DNA from: the human T2T-CHM13v2.0 reference genome, Homo sapiens
Length of the DNA: 64,000 bases
Reading direction: 5' to 3' (one strand)
Assembly (NCBI RefSeq): GCF_009914755.1
Contig: NC_060932.1
The notes below the pieces were generated by a model. That model was not told the origin of the DNA. It saw nothing but the letters and a program-made list of their open reading frames with translations, and did no database searches. Shown here one piece after another: positions 1-16,264 of the stretch; the first letter of the stretch is position 1, and every line of letters starts with the position of its first letter. A program made the translations under genes and the position numbers.

Positions 1-710
1 AACACAAGAAGAAAAGAAACTATTTTATCTCTGATGACCATAGATGTAAAAATCCTCAACAAAATAGCAATCCTGTCAACAGCACATCAAAAAAAAACAT
101 ATACTATGGTCAATGAGGTTTTATACCAGGGAAGCAAGGATGGTTTAACACACATAAGTCAATAAATGTGATACTTCACATAAACAGAATCAAGGACAAT
201 AACCATATGATCATGTCAATAGATTCAGAAAAATAATTTGATAAAATTCAACATCTCCTCGTGATAAAAACCCTTAGCAAACTAGGCATAGAAGAAACAT
301 ATCTCAAAATAATACAGGTAATGTAAAACAACCCCACCACTAACATCATACTGATTGGGGAAAAGTTGAACACATTTTCTCTATGGACTGAAAAAAGACA
401 AAGATGGTCGCTTTCACCACTCCTATTCAACATAGTGCTAAAAGTCCTAGCCAGAGCAATCACGTAAGAGAAAGAAATAAATGGCATCCAAATTGTAAAA
501 GGGGAAGTCAAATTCTTCTTCTTTGTTGATGATATGATCTTATATCTAGAAAAACCTAAAGTCTTCACCAGATAACTCTTTGGTTTGCAAAATGAATTCA
601 GTAAAGTTGCAGAATACAAAATCAATGTACAAAAATCAGTAGTGTGTATATATACCAGTAACAACCTAGCTAGAAAGAAATCAAGAAGGCAATCACATTT
701 ATAATATCTA

Positions 711-1147
<437 letters not shown>

Positions 1148-2685
1148 AAATAACCATACTGCCCTACAGATTAAATGCAATCCCTATCAAAATACCAATG
1201 TCATTTTTCAAAGAATTAGAAAAAAATTCTGAAATTCATATGGAACCAAAAAAGAGCTTGATCAGCCAAAGCAATCCTGAACAAAAAGAACACAGCTGGA
1301 GGCCTCACATTACTTGACTTTAAATTATATTACAAGGCTAAAGTAACAAAAAAGCATGGTACTGTTATAAACATAGACATATAGATCAATGGAACACAAT
1401 AGAAAACTCAGAAATCAAGCCACATATTTACAGCCAACTGATCTTCGACAAAGCTGATAATAACATATACTGGGGAAAGGAAATCTTCTTCAATAAATTA
1501 TGCTGGGAAATTTGAATAGCTATATGCAGATGAATGAAACTAGACCCCTATCTCTCACCGTATGCAAAAATCAACGCAAGATGAATTAAAGACTTAAATG
1601 TAAAACCTGAAACTATATGTATGAGAAGAAAACCTAGGGAAAAGCCTTGTAGACTATGGGCTAGGCAAAGCATTTATGACTAAGACTTCAAAAGCATAGG
1701 CAACAGAAAAAAAAATAGTCAAATGGGGCTACATTAAACTAAAAGCTGCTGCACCACAAAAGAAATAATAGAGTGAGGAGACAACTTGCTGAATAGGAGA
1801 AAGTATTTGCAAACTATTTGTCTAACAGGGAACTAATATCCAGAATATAAAAGAACTTAAACAATTCAACAGCAGCAACAACAAATCATAATAATAATCC
1901 CATTAAAAATCGGGCAAAGGACACGAATAGACTCTTTCCAAAAGAAGACCTACAAATGGTCAACAGGCATATGAAATATGCTCAGCATCCCTAATCATCA
2001 GAGAAATGTAAGTGAAAACCACAATGGAATATCATCTTACCCCAGTCAAAATGTCTGTTATCAAAAGGACAAAAAATAACAGATGATGATGAAAATATAG
2101 AGGAAAGAAAACTCTAATACACTGTTGGTGGACATGTAAATTAGTACAGCTCCTCTGAACAACCATATAGAGATTTCTCAAAGAACTAAAAATAGAAGTA
2201 CCATTCATTCTAGTAATCCCACTACTGGGTATGTACCCAAAGGAAAAGAAATCAATGCATCGAAATAATACCTACACTCATATGTTTATCACAACACCTT
2301 CACAATAGCAACGATATGGAATCAACCTAAATGTTCATCAACAGATGAATGGATATAGAAAATGTGGCATATATATCCATGGAATATTATTCGGCCATAA
2401 GAAAGAACAAAATCATGTCTTTTTCAACAACATGGATGGAAATTGAGGTTATTAACTTAAATGAAGCAAGCCAGACACAGAAAGACAAATATTGCATGTT
2501 CTCACCCATAAGTGGGTGCCATAAAATGTGTTCACATTTGTGCAGAGAGTTGAATGACAGATAATGGAGACTTTGAAGGGTGAGGGTGCGGAAGGAGGGA
2601 GGATGATGAGAAATTAGTTAGTACTATGTACATTACTTGGTGATGGATTCCCTAAAAGCCTTGACTGCCATGAAAATCTACACAT

Positions 2686-2996
2686 GGCCAGGCGCCAGTG
2701 GCTCACGCCTGTAATCCCAGCATTTTGGGAGGCTAAGGCAGGTGATCACAAGGTCAAGAGATGGAGACCATCCTGGCCAACACGGTGAAACCCCGTCTCT
2801 ACTAAAAATACAAAAATTAGCTGGGTGTGGTAGTACCTGCCTGTAATCTCAGCTGCTCGGGAGGCTGAGGCAGGAGAATCGCTTGAACCGGGAGGCGGAG
2901 GTTGCAGTGAGCCGAGATCGCGCCACTGCACTACAGCCTGGTGACAGAGCAAGACTTGTCTCAAAAAAAAAAAAAAAAAAAAAAGAAAAGAAGAAA
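2686..2996 (+). mobile_element. AluSc-like, inserted in L1 3' UTR
   Basis: aggtcaagagatggagaccatcctggccaac (Sc-type diagnostics), long A tail. TSD aaaatctacacat / aaaacctacgcat. Confidence 0.93.
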
Positions 2997-3037
2997 AAAA
3001 CCTACGCATTTAACAAAATTGCACATGTACGTCATAA

Positions 3038-3516
<479 letters not shown>

Positions 3517-3623
3517 TAAAATTTAATAAATATTTACAGTATATTTTAAGAAAAGAATCGGGGTATGTAGGCCATGAGTATTTCTTTTGAGTTATTAGAT
3601 ATCATTCTCAGAATAATAACATT

Positions 3624-3961
<338 letters not shown>

Positions 3962-4224
3962 TGATATTGGAGAGGATAGAAAGCAGTCAGGATCACCATT
4001 TCTCTTGCTACCCTCTCCTCCTACTCTTAGACTTTGGTCATTATGGTTCCTGCCAAATGTACTTTCTATATCGTTAGTCTTTAATATTCCTGAAGTTATT
4101 TGTACTGTTCTTGGATAAACATATGCTCTATATTACATACTAGATTTGATTATACTGACAGAGTTCAAAATATTATAAGCTTAGGTGCTCTTGGATTATT
4201 GACCAAGGTGATCAAATGGTAAAG

Positions 4225-4463
4225 GGCAATATTCACTGACTACTTGCTATATACACAACATCATTCTAAGTCTTTTGCATGTATTATTTCATTGAATCCA
4301 TTCAAAAATTCCAGATATATGATATTATTAGCTTCATTTTATAGATGAACAAATTTAGGCAAAGAGATGTTAAGGAACTTGTCTGAAGTTGCCGTCTTAG
4401 TAAGCAGAGGACCAGGATTTGAATGCAGGCAGCTGGCATCAGAACTCACATTGTTACACTATT
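4225..4463 (-). mobile_element. MIR SINE
   Basis: Reverse MIR core cattttatagatgaacaaatttaggcaaagagatgttaaggaacttgtctgaag, plus tRNA-like end ggatttgaatgcaggcag. Confidence 0.85.
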
Positions 4464-5404
4464 GCTGCTCAGTAAGTCTTGAAAGCCCACAAAGCAGGAC
4501 TAGACTGCAAGAAACTGAGGAGGCAGCAGGCCGGTGAAGAGTTTCTAAATGGAGGGAAGGACAAAACAATCTGCCCTTGAGTTGTAGATTGGTCACTGGA
4601 GAGAGAAGAAAAAGAGAGATCCTTCGAGACGTAAGATCAAAAACCATCTGGAGAGCCAGAAGGGGAAACACCAGCAGGGAACAAAGTGTTTCCAGTATTG
4701 GGAACATATGAGTAAACCATCAGATAAACATGGGAAGTCAGCCTGCGAAGTCAGGAGGGCTACCTCAAGAGAGAAAGGCAACAGCTTGTTATGGTTTCCT
4801 AGAGCCTACATGTATATCTAGTCTCAGTGAGCAGGGAAATTGTATTTAATGTCTGACATGTTTAGGTTCAGTCTGAACAAAATATCTCATTCCAGCATTG
4901 AAGATTGCAGACCTAAATGTCATTCAATGTGAAATAACAAACATGTATTTTTCCTTGTTATACTTCTAATTCCAGTAATGTACCTTCTTCCTTTAAGCTC
5001 TATGCTTCCTAAATTGCACCTTCTTTGAAACAGCTCATGCTATGATTTGAAGCTTGCTGCATCAGTTAAAGGTGTCCCTAAGCATCTGATGGATAAAGGA
5101 GGACAGTAGAAACCTCAAACAAAACTGCTGCCAATAATCAGAGGATATAAAACAATAAAACATGTATAGCGTTCTTCCAAACATCAAGGAGGCTTCTTTT
5201 CTCTTTAAAGCTGTAGTGTACACAAGATACAAAATGTAACCTCCCAAAAGAAGAAAATTTAGGTCTCTGGAAACTATATGGGAGGTCAGTAGAAAAGGGA
5301 ATCATTTCTCCTCAGGCACTGCAATGACTGGAAACAGTTTATGAGGAAAATACATTTTAATCTTTTCCCTGACATTTAGTAATTGAGTATGTATACAGTA
5401 GCTG

Positions 5405-5440
5405 CACACACACACACACACACACAGACACACACACACA
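5405..5440. repeat. (CA)n microsatellite
   Basis: cacacacacacacacacacacagacacacacacaca. Confidence 0.95.
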
Positions 5441-7445
5441 GGCACAGCTTAATTTACACAGAGCTATTTTACAGTATATAATAGGACCATAGCCCTTCCA
5501 AAGGTCAGATTAATTAAAAGGTGTATTCATGGATTTTCAGAGAATTGCCTTACATAATATTATTAGTGTCATCAATATCACTTGAAATGCTGTAGAACAT
5601 AACGCAGGATATACAATTAACTTTGCATTAAGATTTGAAGTGAGACAAGCACTGCCTGTGAATATCATCCCTCAATTTGTAAATCACCAGAGCGTGGTGA
5701 CAATTTGGCTTGACTACAACTATGCCTGAATGAAGTACTTTTCCTTTTGAGAAAAAAGGAATCTACGAGCATGAGGACTCCCTTTTCTCCTTTTAGTTTA
5801 TTTTTTTAAGTCATTTATTAATTTTCCCTTTGGTAAAAATAATTCCAGAGTTTGCCTTTTCTTTTTTCTTTTGAGGGGAAGGGGTAACTTTACAGGCAGT
5901 TTCCTTAGTCATTCTAGGCAGCCAGCCAATGAAATATAGACTAAACAACACAGAGGATATTAATTTTACCTCACCATACATGCACACAGCTAGTGATGCA
6001 TAAAGTCTTCATTCCAAGACTGACATTAAAAGGGTTGTGCAACTGCCTAGATTCCAATGTCACTAACGGTTTTCTGAGGGAGTTGGAAAGAGATAAGAGA
6101 GAGACCTTGGGGAACAATTTTAAAGTGGCTCAATAGCGATCGCAGAGCCAAACTCATACCTACATCAATGTGGTGCAGAGAATCTCTAAGAATTTTTAAT
6201 GCTGAATTGGAGCAAAGAAACTTCAAGTATGAACCTAAAAAGAAATCAAAATGTATTTCACAGTTATATTAAGAGTTTTCTGGCAATAGAGAAGCTGTGT
6301 AAAAAGAATTAGAAAATCAAACTTTTTATTGAAGTATGACATATATACAGAAATATTCACACATCAAAAGTCTAGAGCATGATAAATGTTTACAGCATGA
6401 ATATACTCATGCAAACAATTCTGAGCTCAAGAAACAACATCACCTATACCCCAGAAGACATGCCCACACCCCCATTTAGTCACTGTCTTCTCTCAGGGTA
6501 ATTCATATCCTGACCTCTAATATCATTAGTTTAGATTAGTTTTGCTCGTAAACATTACATAAATGGACAATTCCGTGTAAATTCTTTTGGGATTGATTTT
6601 CTTTATTCTGCATTTTATTTGTTACTTGAGTGTAGTTGTAGTTCATTCACTCTCACACAGAGAGAGTATTTTTAATGTGTGAATACACCTCAATTGATTC
6701 GTTCTACTATTGAGGGTATTTGGATAAAAATATTACATATTTTACATATCACTGAGTCTGATTTAGGACTTTTATAACTATATTAATGAGAGGGATTAGT
6801 CTGAAATTTCAGTTTCTTTAAAGATTATCCTGGGTTTATAAAAATTGCTAGAAAGTATTTCCTCTGTTTTCTTTCTCTGGAAGATTTTGTGTAAAATTGG
6901 TATTATTCTTAATTTTTTGGAAGAATTAACTAGTACAAATAGTTTCATCTTCATTTGTTTTAGGAAGGTTTTCAATGACAGAATCAAAAAATTTAATATA
7001 CATTGAAATATATTAATTATTATATTGATTATCTTGTATTTACTATTAATAAATATATAATACAATTAGTAATTGTATATCAATATATACAATATAAATG
7101 TGTATTTAATGTAATTTACATTTAAATATATATAGTATCAGTTTCAGAAAGTTGTGTTTTTTAAGGGATTTGTCAATTTAATCCAGATTATCAAATTCAT
7201 TGGCTAAAATTGTTAATAGTAGTCCTTTGTTACAAATAATGATGTTGCTTTTTTCATTTCTGATGTTGGTATTTTATGTTGTCTTTGTGTCTTATTTATT
7301 TTTGCCAAGTATTTATATGTTTTATTAATCATTTTAATCAAAGGCTTTGCTGGGTTTTTTTATTACACATTTGTTTTCATTTCATTAATTCCCATTTTTA
7401 TTGCTATTATTTAAAAATTATTTTGGTTTAATTTTGTTATGACTT

Positions 7446-7832
7446 TGTTAAAAGAAAAACTTTAGACAAATTGAATTTAGCAGAGTTTATTTTAGCAAAG
7501 AAACATTCATGAATTATGCAGCACCCTGAACTAATAAAGGCTCAGGGAGCACCACCAGCAATGTGGGCAGCCAGTATTTATAGGCAGGAAAAGAGAGTGA
7601 CGTACAGAAATAGCTCAGTTGGTCACAGCTTGACATTTGCCTTATTTGAACACATATGAGCAATTTGCAGCTGTGATTAGCTGAAAGCTCACCTACTGTG
7701 ATTCTCAAAGCGTCAGTTACTTGTTACAAGAATATACTCTCAAGTTAGACTGCAGTTTATTTACAAATTATATTAGGATACAGTTCAGTGCAAACAGAGG
7801 CAGATTTAGGCCAAATTTAATTTGATTTAACA
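7446..7832 (-). mobile_element. MER57-family solo LTR (ERV1)
   Basis: Termini tgttaaaagaaaaactttagacaaattg...tttgatttaaca match MER57 ends; core ttgccttatttgaacac. 4-bp TSD actt/acct. Confidence 0.85.
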
Positions 7833-8285
7833 ACCTTTTGAGATAAAAGCATATTTATCATTTAATTTTAGTATTTATTCTTCCACAATATTTTCATTCT
7901 GTGATTATATATTACCCTCTGTGTATTACTTTTAAAGCATATCACATTTATTTTATATTATACCTTCTTTATGATTCAGCTATAATATTTTTAAATTTTC
8001 ATTGTTAATTCTTGTTTGACTCATGGATCATTTAGAAGTACATCATTTCCAGGTAGTTGGAGATATTTTGATGGCTTATAATTTATTTCTAAGTTAATTT
8101 TATGGTCAAAGAATATACTCTGAATTATTTTCATTTGTTGATATTTGTTGAGGCTTTATGATCCAACATATAGTGTATCTTGGTCTAAGCTTCTATGCAG
8201 AGTCAAAAATTATGTGAATTCTATCCTGTTGGCAGGAATGTCAGCTAAATATGTAAATTATGTAGTTTGTTTATTGTATTATTCA

Positions 8286-8662
8286 GTGTGTATGTGTGTG
8301 AGTGTATTTTTGTGTGTATACATATATATGTGTTAATATATACAAATACATATGTTTATGTATATATACATATGTTTGTGTATATACATGCATATATACA
8401 TATGTGGGTATATATTATATGTAATATATTATTACATATTACATATATTATTATTATATATTACATATATTACATATGATCTGTATACATTTTATATATA
8501 CTACATGTAGACATGTTTATGTCTGTATATACATATATACATAAGTATAATGTATATTATATGCAATATATATTACATATTTCATGCAATATTATATGTA
8601 ATATATTACATATAAACTTTATATGTGGTGTGTGTGTGTGTAATATGTATAAATATATATGT
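8286..8662. repeat. (TA)n/(TG)n-rich low-complexity tract
   Basis: Degenerate tatatacatatg / atattacatat / tgtgtg repeats. Confidence 0.9.
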
Positions 8663-8665
8663 AGT

Positions 8666-8816
8666 AAATGGTTCTCAATTAACAGAGATTTTTAAATATC
8701 TGGAGACAGTTTTAGTTGTTATAATTGGGGAATGGGAAGCATTACCAGCATTTAATGAGTAGAAGCCAGGGATGCTACTAAACATCCTAAAATGAATAAA
8801 ACAGTTCTTCACAACA
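8666..8816 (+). mobile_element. MER20 (hAT-Charlie) fragment
   Basis: tggttctcaa...tctggagacagttttagttgttataattgggg...gtagaagccagggatgctactaaacatcctaaaatg. Confidence 0.85.
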
Positions 8817-9354
8817 TATATATCTTGCCATCTCAGCTACCTAGAGTGGTGTATTAAAGTCTGTCTCTATGATTAGATTTTCTCTATTTTTCCATTCTGT
8901 CTTCATATTCTCAGATATTGCTATTTGTCATATACACTGATATCTATTAGATTAAACCCTTTATCATTACTAAATTTATTTATCTAATAATGCTTCTTGG
9001 CTTCATGTCTACTTTGTTTAATATTGATATGCTAAATCAGTTTTCTTTTGGTTAGTGTTTGCATGGTATCTTTATGTCTATACTTTTATTTTCAACTGTA
9101 TTTTATACTTGAAATTAAAGTTTGTTTTTTGCAAGAAGCCTAGAGTAGGCATTTAACAATTGATTTTGGTAATTTTAGGGCTTTTTAAAAATGTAGATTT
9201 AGTCCATTTATATTTAATATAATAAATAATAAACATGGATTTTTAAATTTTTCTCACTATTTTTTCTATTTTAATCATCTTCATTGCTTTCTCCTTTTCC
9301 TTTTAAATTAATAAAACATTGTTTTATTATTGTATTTTGTCATCTATCACCCTT

Positions 9355-10182
9355 TTCTAAAATGTTTACTTCTAGCAGTCTTAGATTTACAGAAAAAAAT
9401 TGCAAAGACAGTATAGAACATTCTCACTTCCCCTACTTCCATTTCCCCATGTTACTAACACCTTATATGAGTGTGGTGTATTTGCTACAATTAATGATTA
9501 TTATTAACTAACCTCCAAATAGATTCAGATTTTCTTTGTTTTGCTTTCACCTAATGTATTGTTGTTGTTGTTCCAGGATCCATTCGTGTCACATTGCAGT
9601 TAGTATTCGTGACTACTTAGGATTCTCTTGGTTGTGACAGTTTCTCAGACTGTACTTGTATTCAATGAGCATAAAAAGGACTTAGACAGTTTTAAGGAGT
9701 ACTAGTCAAGTATCTTATACAATGCCCCTCCCTGGGACTTGTCTGATGGTCTTCTCATGATTTTATTGGAGCTAATCTGTTTGAGAAAGACCACGGAGGT
9801 AAACTACCATTTTCATTTCACATAAAAGGTATATTCTGTCAATATTACTTATTGTTGTTGATGTTCATTTTCATTATGGGACTGAAGCAGTGTTGGTTTT
9901 CTGTAATGTAAAGTTAGTTTTTCCCTATTTTCATACTGTATTTATTGGAAGGAAATCACTATGTGCAGCACACACTTAAGGAATGGGGAGTTATACTCTA
10001 CCTTTTTGAGGGTGAAGTATCTACATAAATTATTTGGAATTCTTCTTCATGAGATAGTTGGCTCTTTTACTCATTTTCAATCACTTATTTATATTAGTAT
10101 GGACTCATGGATATTGATTTTTATATTTGGGGTTATATTACCATATTACTCAATTCCTTTCTTTTTTGCTCAAATTGTTCTA
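9355..10182 (-). mobile_element. L1MC-type 3' end
   Basis: ttagatttacagaaaaaaattgcaaagacagtatag...ctcttggttgtgacagtttctcagact...cacacttaaggaatggggagttat...gctcaaattgttc. Confidence 0.85.
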
Positions 10183-11206
10183 CCTATAATATATACCTGT
10201 TTTTCATAAAATAATTTTATTATTTTTAGAGATTAGCTAGTGATTATAACATGAATTCTTAACTTATTATAATCTAGTACAAAATGTTAGTTTTACTATT
10301 TTCTCAATATTGCTAAAACCTTAGACCTTTTAAACTCTGAATTCCTTCTTGCCATTTACAATGTTTTATCATGCATTTCATTTTTACATATATTTTAAAT
10401 TCAGTGAGGTATTCAAAATATCACTTTATAAGGTCAATATCTGTTTATATTTGCATACATATTCACCTTTTCCATTGCTCTTCCTTCCTTTCTGAACTTC
10501 TTTGTTTCTATGAAGTGTAATTTTCCTTTCATCTGATAAACTCTTTTACATTTATTTCAGTGAAAATCTTTTGGCATTAAATACTTGACATGTTTTGTTA
10601 ATCAAAAGTGTTTTTAATCTTAGTCACATTTTGGAAATTTTTTCCCCCTATGTGTACAATTCTAAGTTGATGGTTACTTTCTTTTAGCCCTGTAAAAATG
10701 TCAATCAATTGTCTGTTGGCTTCTGTTATTTCTGTTTTGAAGTCAGCTGTCAGTGCTTTGGGGTATATTTTGAAATAAATTTGTCTTTTTTTCCTCTGGC
10801 TCTTTTAACGTTTTTATTTTTATCTTGGTTTTCAGTAGTTTGGCTGCAATATGACCAAGTGTTTTATGTACTCTTTCAGTGTTTTATATACTCTTCAGTA
10901 GGCTTCTGAAATTGGTGAGTTGGGTTTTTTTTTAATCAATTTTGGAAAATTATCAGTGATTAGCTCTTCAAATGGTGCTTCTCTCTCATTCCTATCTCTT
11001 CTTTCTTGTAATCTTATTACACATGTGTTATACCATTCAAATGTGTCTGATATATTTTTTACACTTTGTTCTTTTCCTGTCATCCTTTTCTTCCTTTCCT
11101 TCTTTACTTAAGTATATATTTTCTATTCACCTGTTTTTGAAATTACTAGTCTTATCTTCTACTTGCTATTTGTCTTACAAGTATGTCTACTTGCTGATGA
11201 GCCTAC

Positions 11207-11603
11207 TGCATTCATCCATTTTGCATTGCTATAAAGGAATACCTGAGACTGGGTAATTTATAAAGAAAAGAGATTTATTTGGCTTACGGTTCTGCAGGCT
11301 GTACAAGCATGACACCAGCATCTGCTTGGCTTCTGGTAAGGCCTTGGGAAACTTTTACTCGTGGCAGAAGGTGAATGGGGAGAAGTCACCTTGCATGGTG
11401 AAAGAGGGAGTGAGGTCAGGGAGGTTCCAGAATTTTTATCAATGAGATCTTGTGTGAACTCATTACCATGGGGAGGGCACCAAGCCATTCAGGGGAGGGA
11501 TCCACTTCTATGACCCAAACACCTTCTACCAGGCCCCAGTTCCTACACTGGATATCACATTTAAGCATGATATTTGGAGGGAACAAATATCCAAACTCTA
11601 TCA
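11207..11603 (-). mobile_element. MSTB-type solo LTR (ERVL-MaLR)
   Basis: ttgctataaaggaatacctgagactgggtaatttataaagaaaag...ggaacaaatatccaaactctatca. 5-bp TSD cctac/cctat. Confidence 0.92.
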
Positions 11604-12786
11604 CCTATCCATAGCCCTTAATTTCTAGAATGTTCATGTGATATTTGTAAATTATAATTATATATACTACTATTTGTTGAAATTTTCTACCTTTTAATTA
11701 GTTTGATAATTCATCTACTGTCTTAAACTTTGTTTGTGATAGTTCTTTCAAAATCTGTGCTAATTCTAATGTGTGGATCATCTGTGGATATGCTTGTGTG
11801 TATGTGTGTGTGTGTTTGGATGTCAATCATATAGTCCTGTTTATTTTCTTAAAAATGTTTGAATGCTAAAATTTTTAGCATTTTTAGTTGTTTTCTTTCA
11901 CCACACAAAATTTGCTCTTTCCTCTGCTAGATAAATAGACAATTGTGTATATGCATGTGGGTTGGAATGGGATCCAATTATAAACTGAGGTGGGGAGAGG
12001 CTAGTTGCAATTTTAGTAATAAGCAGTCTAATTCTGATTAAAGCCTGGCCTTACAGTGCTTTCTAATTGGGAGCCTAGAAGGTGTTTTTCTTCTTAGCCC
12101 TGAGTGGTCATAATAATTTCTACTCTGTCTCTGAGAGGCAATTGGCTTAGCTTTCTGGTATCCTGACCCTATAACCTCCAAACATGGCAGTGTCATAAGA
12201 GGGACACAGAGTCTGTGCTTAATGTCCTTTAATTCTCCAATTTTGGCACTTTAGTTCTATGCAACTCCCTGAAAGTCTCCTTGTTTCTCTGTCCCCCAGT
12301 AGGATGCTTCCTGGGACAAGTCCAGATTTCTAACCTATAGTGCCTTCTAGGATCAGCAAATGCTTTCAAGGAGAGCTAAAGATCATCAAGTCACTCTTGA
12401 ATGGTTCTCTCTTTGGATGCTTCTGCAGATTTCTGATTCTTCAAATATGTGAATTTATCAGGTGGTTTTGATGTTTTATGAGCATATGTTGTTCTTCCAT
12501 GAATTAATCATCTCCTTCAGAAGTTGAAGCTGAAAGGAAGATTTTAAAACACTTCTTTCATATTTGCTTTGTGCTGACTGATTATAGTAAGAAATTCAGG
12601 TACTTCTTTGGCAGCTTACAATCTAATGTGGACAACAGAGAATAAACAAACACACACCCAAAGAAATTTTAATTACAAATAGTAGGACAGGCTTAACTCA
12701 GTCATCTTCAAAAATGCTAACTCTACTTAATTTACTGCTACAAACTTTTAAGGACGTCTTTGCACAATGATTCTAAAAGATAGTGA

Positions 12787-13108
<322 letters not shown>

Positions 13109-13504
13109 TAATTATCCTCACTTTTTAATTAGAAGTTGTTTTAAAAAAAGATTGTCTACTTGAAGGTATTTAAACATCTAATGCAAAAGAGGATGGAACT
13201 TCTGGAAAAAATTACCAAATATTTTGAAAAGATTTGTAACAATTTATTTGGATGTTACTAATGTAGTTTTGAATGCACACATGCTTGCACTTTTATTTAT
13301 GAAAGTTATTTGTGAATATTAACATCACACATGGCTATCTTATTGCTGTGTATGTAAGTTCTTATTGATACCAAAACCCTGAGAGGGCTATACGTAAGAC
13401 TGCCATTGTTCTATGAAGAGCCTTGACTAGTGGATTATACACAGTTCAGTGATTTTGTTGGTTGCATAACATTTTCTTATGTATATGTGATTTCTTGAAA
13501 TTTG

Positions 13505-14180
13505 GCCATTTATTCTGCATTTATTGATCACTGTGCCAGGCACCATGCTAGTTGCGAGGTATTGAAAGAAAAATGCTTTAAAATGCGTCTTCCCTCAAAA
13601 AGTTCACATTTACTGGAGTGCATAGACACTTAAGCATATAATGTAGGTCTTTAATGTTCTCCAAAAGGATAAGTAATTGACTGGATTATAGAGATAAGAA
13701 CATGGTGCTATTATAACCTTTCAGAAAGCCATCTAAGTCAGACAAGGAGAGAGATCAGAAAAAGATCAGAAAAAGTCTTTGGCGTATACCAGAGATGGTA
13801 TCTGAAGAATGATGAAATTGGCCAGATTGGGTGAGGATAGGATATGGGTATGATGTCTCAAGTTGGGGAATAACATATGGGAAAGCACATATGTGAAAGC
13901 ATGCTTTTGCAAAACATAAGAGGTTGAAACATGGCTATGGTAGTAATAAAGTAGTAGAAATCCCAAATACTCCTCTAAGGAGTTATAATTTGGTCGTCAA
14001 GAGACTAGAGAACCACAGAAATATTTTAAGCAGAAAGTGACATATGTGTTCCAGAAAGATCAATCTATCAGTCATAATTTAAATAGGGGAGGAGACAAGA
14101 TTAGACAGTGAGAAGTGTTAAACCATGAACTATGGTGGTGGTGGTATGGTTTGAGAGATGGGGACAGATTGAAGACATTA
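13505..14180 (-). mobile_element. L2 3' fragments
   Basis: catttattgatcactgtgccaggcaccatgctag...cttccctcaaaaagttcacatt; tattttaagcagaaagtgac...agaaagatcaatct. Confidence 0.6.
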
Positions 14181-14288
14181 AAATAAGGTCCATTATTACT
14201 ATTGCCATTAATAAATATAAATTAAATACTGTCATCATCAAGCAAGATTTAGTCATTGTTGTTTTAACTTCTTTCCAGAAATTCTACA

Positions 14289-14317
14289 ACACAGACACAC
14301 ACACACACACACACACA
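14289..14317. repeat. (CA)n microsatellite
   Basis: acacagacacacacacacacacacacaca. Confidence 0.95.
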
Positions 14318-14778
14318 AATGAATGAATATTGTGAAAATCGAGAATATTATCTCATTGTTTCCTTGCCAAGATCATCTTTTTTTCTTATTTTATAGTTTA
14401 AAGCCAAATCCCAGCAAACTCTAATGTCTAGACTTTATAATTTTATAACAGCATGAACATAACCTGTATAGACTTTAGATAGATGCTTCTAGAAGGGCCT
14501 TTTTATCTAAAATCAAGACAAGTTATAATATAGCAGACATGAAAAGGAAGTGCCTAATAAAACATTTTATTATCAATCTGATTTTTGCACCATTTTACAA
14601 TGAACTGGTAACCAATGTGTGATTTTCCTCTTTTAAATATGCTTTGTAAATCTTAATTGGGAATGAAGTACCAAGTGACTCAGCTGTACTAACTGTTGAA
14701 CAGAGAGGTCTAGAGGACCATCTGGTGATGCATGCAGAGAGCTATGCTGCTCACCATATATGCAGGAAATGCAAGTTA

Positions 14779-15476
<698 letters not shown>

Positions 15477-15490
15477 AGGGTGTTAATTTT

Positions 15491-15817
15491 ATTATTTTAT
15501 TTTATTATTTATTATTTATTTATTTATTTATTTATTGAGACGGAGTCTCGCTCTATCGCCCAGGCTGTAGTGCAGTGGTGCGATCTTGGCTCACTGCAAG
15601 CTCCGCCTCCCAGGTTCATGCCATTCTCCTGCCTCAGCCTCCTGAGTAGCTGAAATTACAGGTGCGTGCCACCACGCTCGACTAAGTTTTTGTATTTTTA
15701 GTAGAGACGGGGTTTCACCGTGTTAGCCAGGATGGTCTCTATCTCCTGACCTCGTGATCTGCCCGCCTCAGCCTCCCAAAGTGCTGGGATTACAGGCGTG
15801 AGCCACTGCACCCGGCC
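15491..15817 (-). mobile_element. AluY
   Basis: Y diagnostics, (TTTA)n tail. TSD agggtgttaatttt at 15477-15490 and 15818-15831. Confidence 0.95.
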
Positions 15818-16005
15818 AGGGTGTTAATTTTAAAAGAAATAAATGTGTTATGAAAATATCTTTGTTAGTGCTATTGTCCTTAGTTGGCATAAGTTATTTC
15901 CATATTTTGGTTTGGATTTGGCATGAGTTAAATAGATTAGTTATATAAACATGTAACTTAACTTCCTCATCTGTGAAGATTTTAAAATGAGATTAATTTT
16001 CACTT

Positions 16006-16264
16006 AGGGAGGAAGCAAAGTGAAGAACACAGATTTCACAGATGGGATGCCTGGCTCAAATTCCAGCTTGACCGCTGGTAGCTGTGTGACCCTCGGCAAG
16101 TTACTTGACCTCTCTCTACTCAGTGTCCTCATCTGTCAGGTAAGGATAATAATAGTACATATTTCATAGGGTCATTGTATGATTAAACAAGTTATTATTT
16201 ATAGAGTGCTTAGAATAGTACCTGGCACATATTAGTGCTATATGTGTTCAGTAAATAAATAAAA
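16006..16264 (+). mobile_element. Near full-length MIR
   Basis: gctgtgtgaccctcggcaagttacttgacctctct...ctcatctgt...gtgcttagaatagtacctggcacatattagtgct. Confidence 0.92.

Larger units (their letters stand above)
6320..12450 (-). mobile_element. Ancient fragmented L1M/L1ME (3' end ~6320, EN region ~8840-9230, ORF1 region ~10500-11100) carrying nested younger insertions
   Basis: L1ME-like 3' terminus actttttattgaagtatgacatatatacag. Reverse EN-like sequence. ORF 10895-11083 gives FEELITDNFPKLIKK...ISEAY, resembling the L1 ORF1p motif FEEIIAENFPNL...IQEAQ. Outer boundaries approximate. Confidence 0.7.

Noticed and set aside
248-664. 138-aa ORF on the minus strand
   Set aside because: Antisense to decayed L1 ORF2, a well-known spurious frame.
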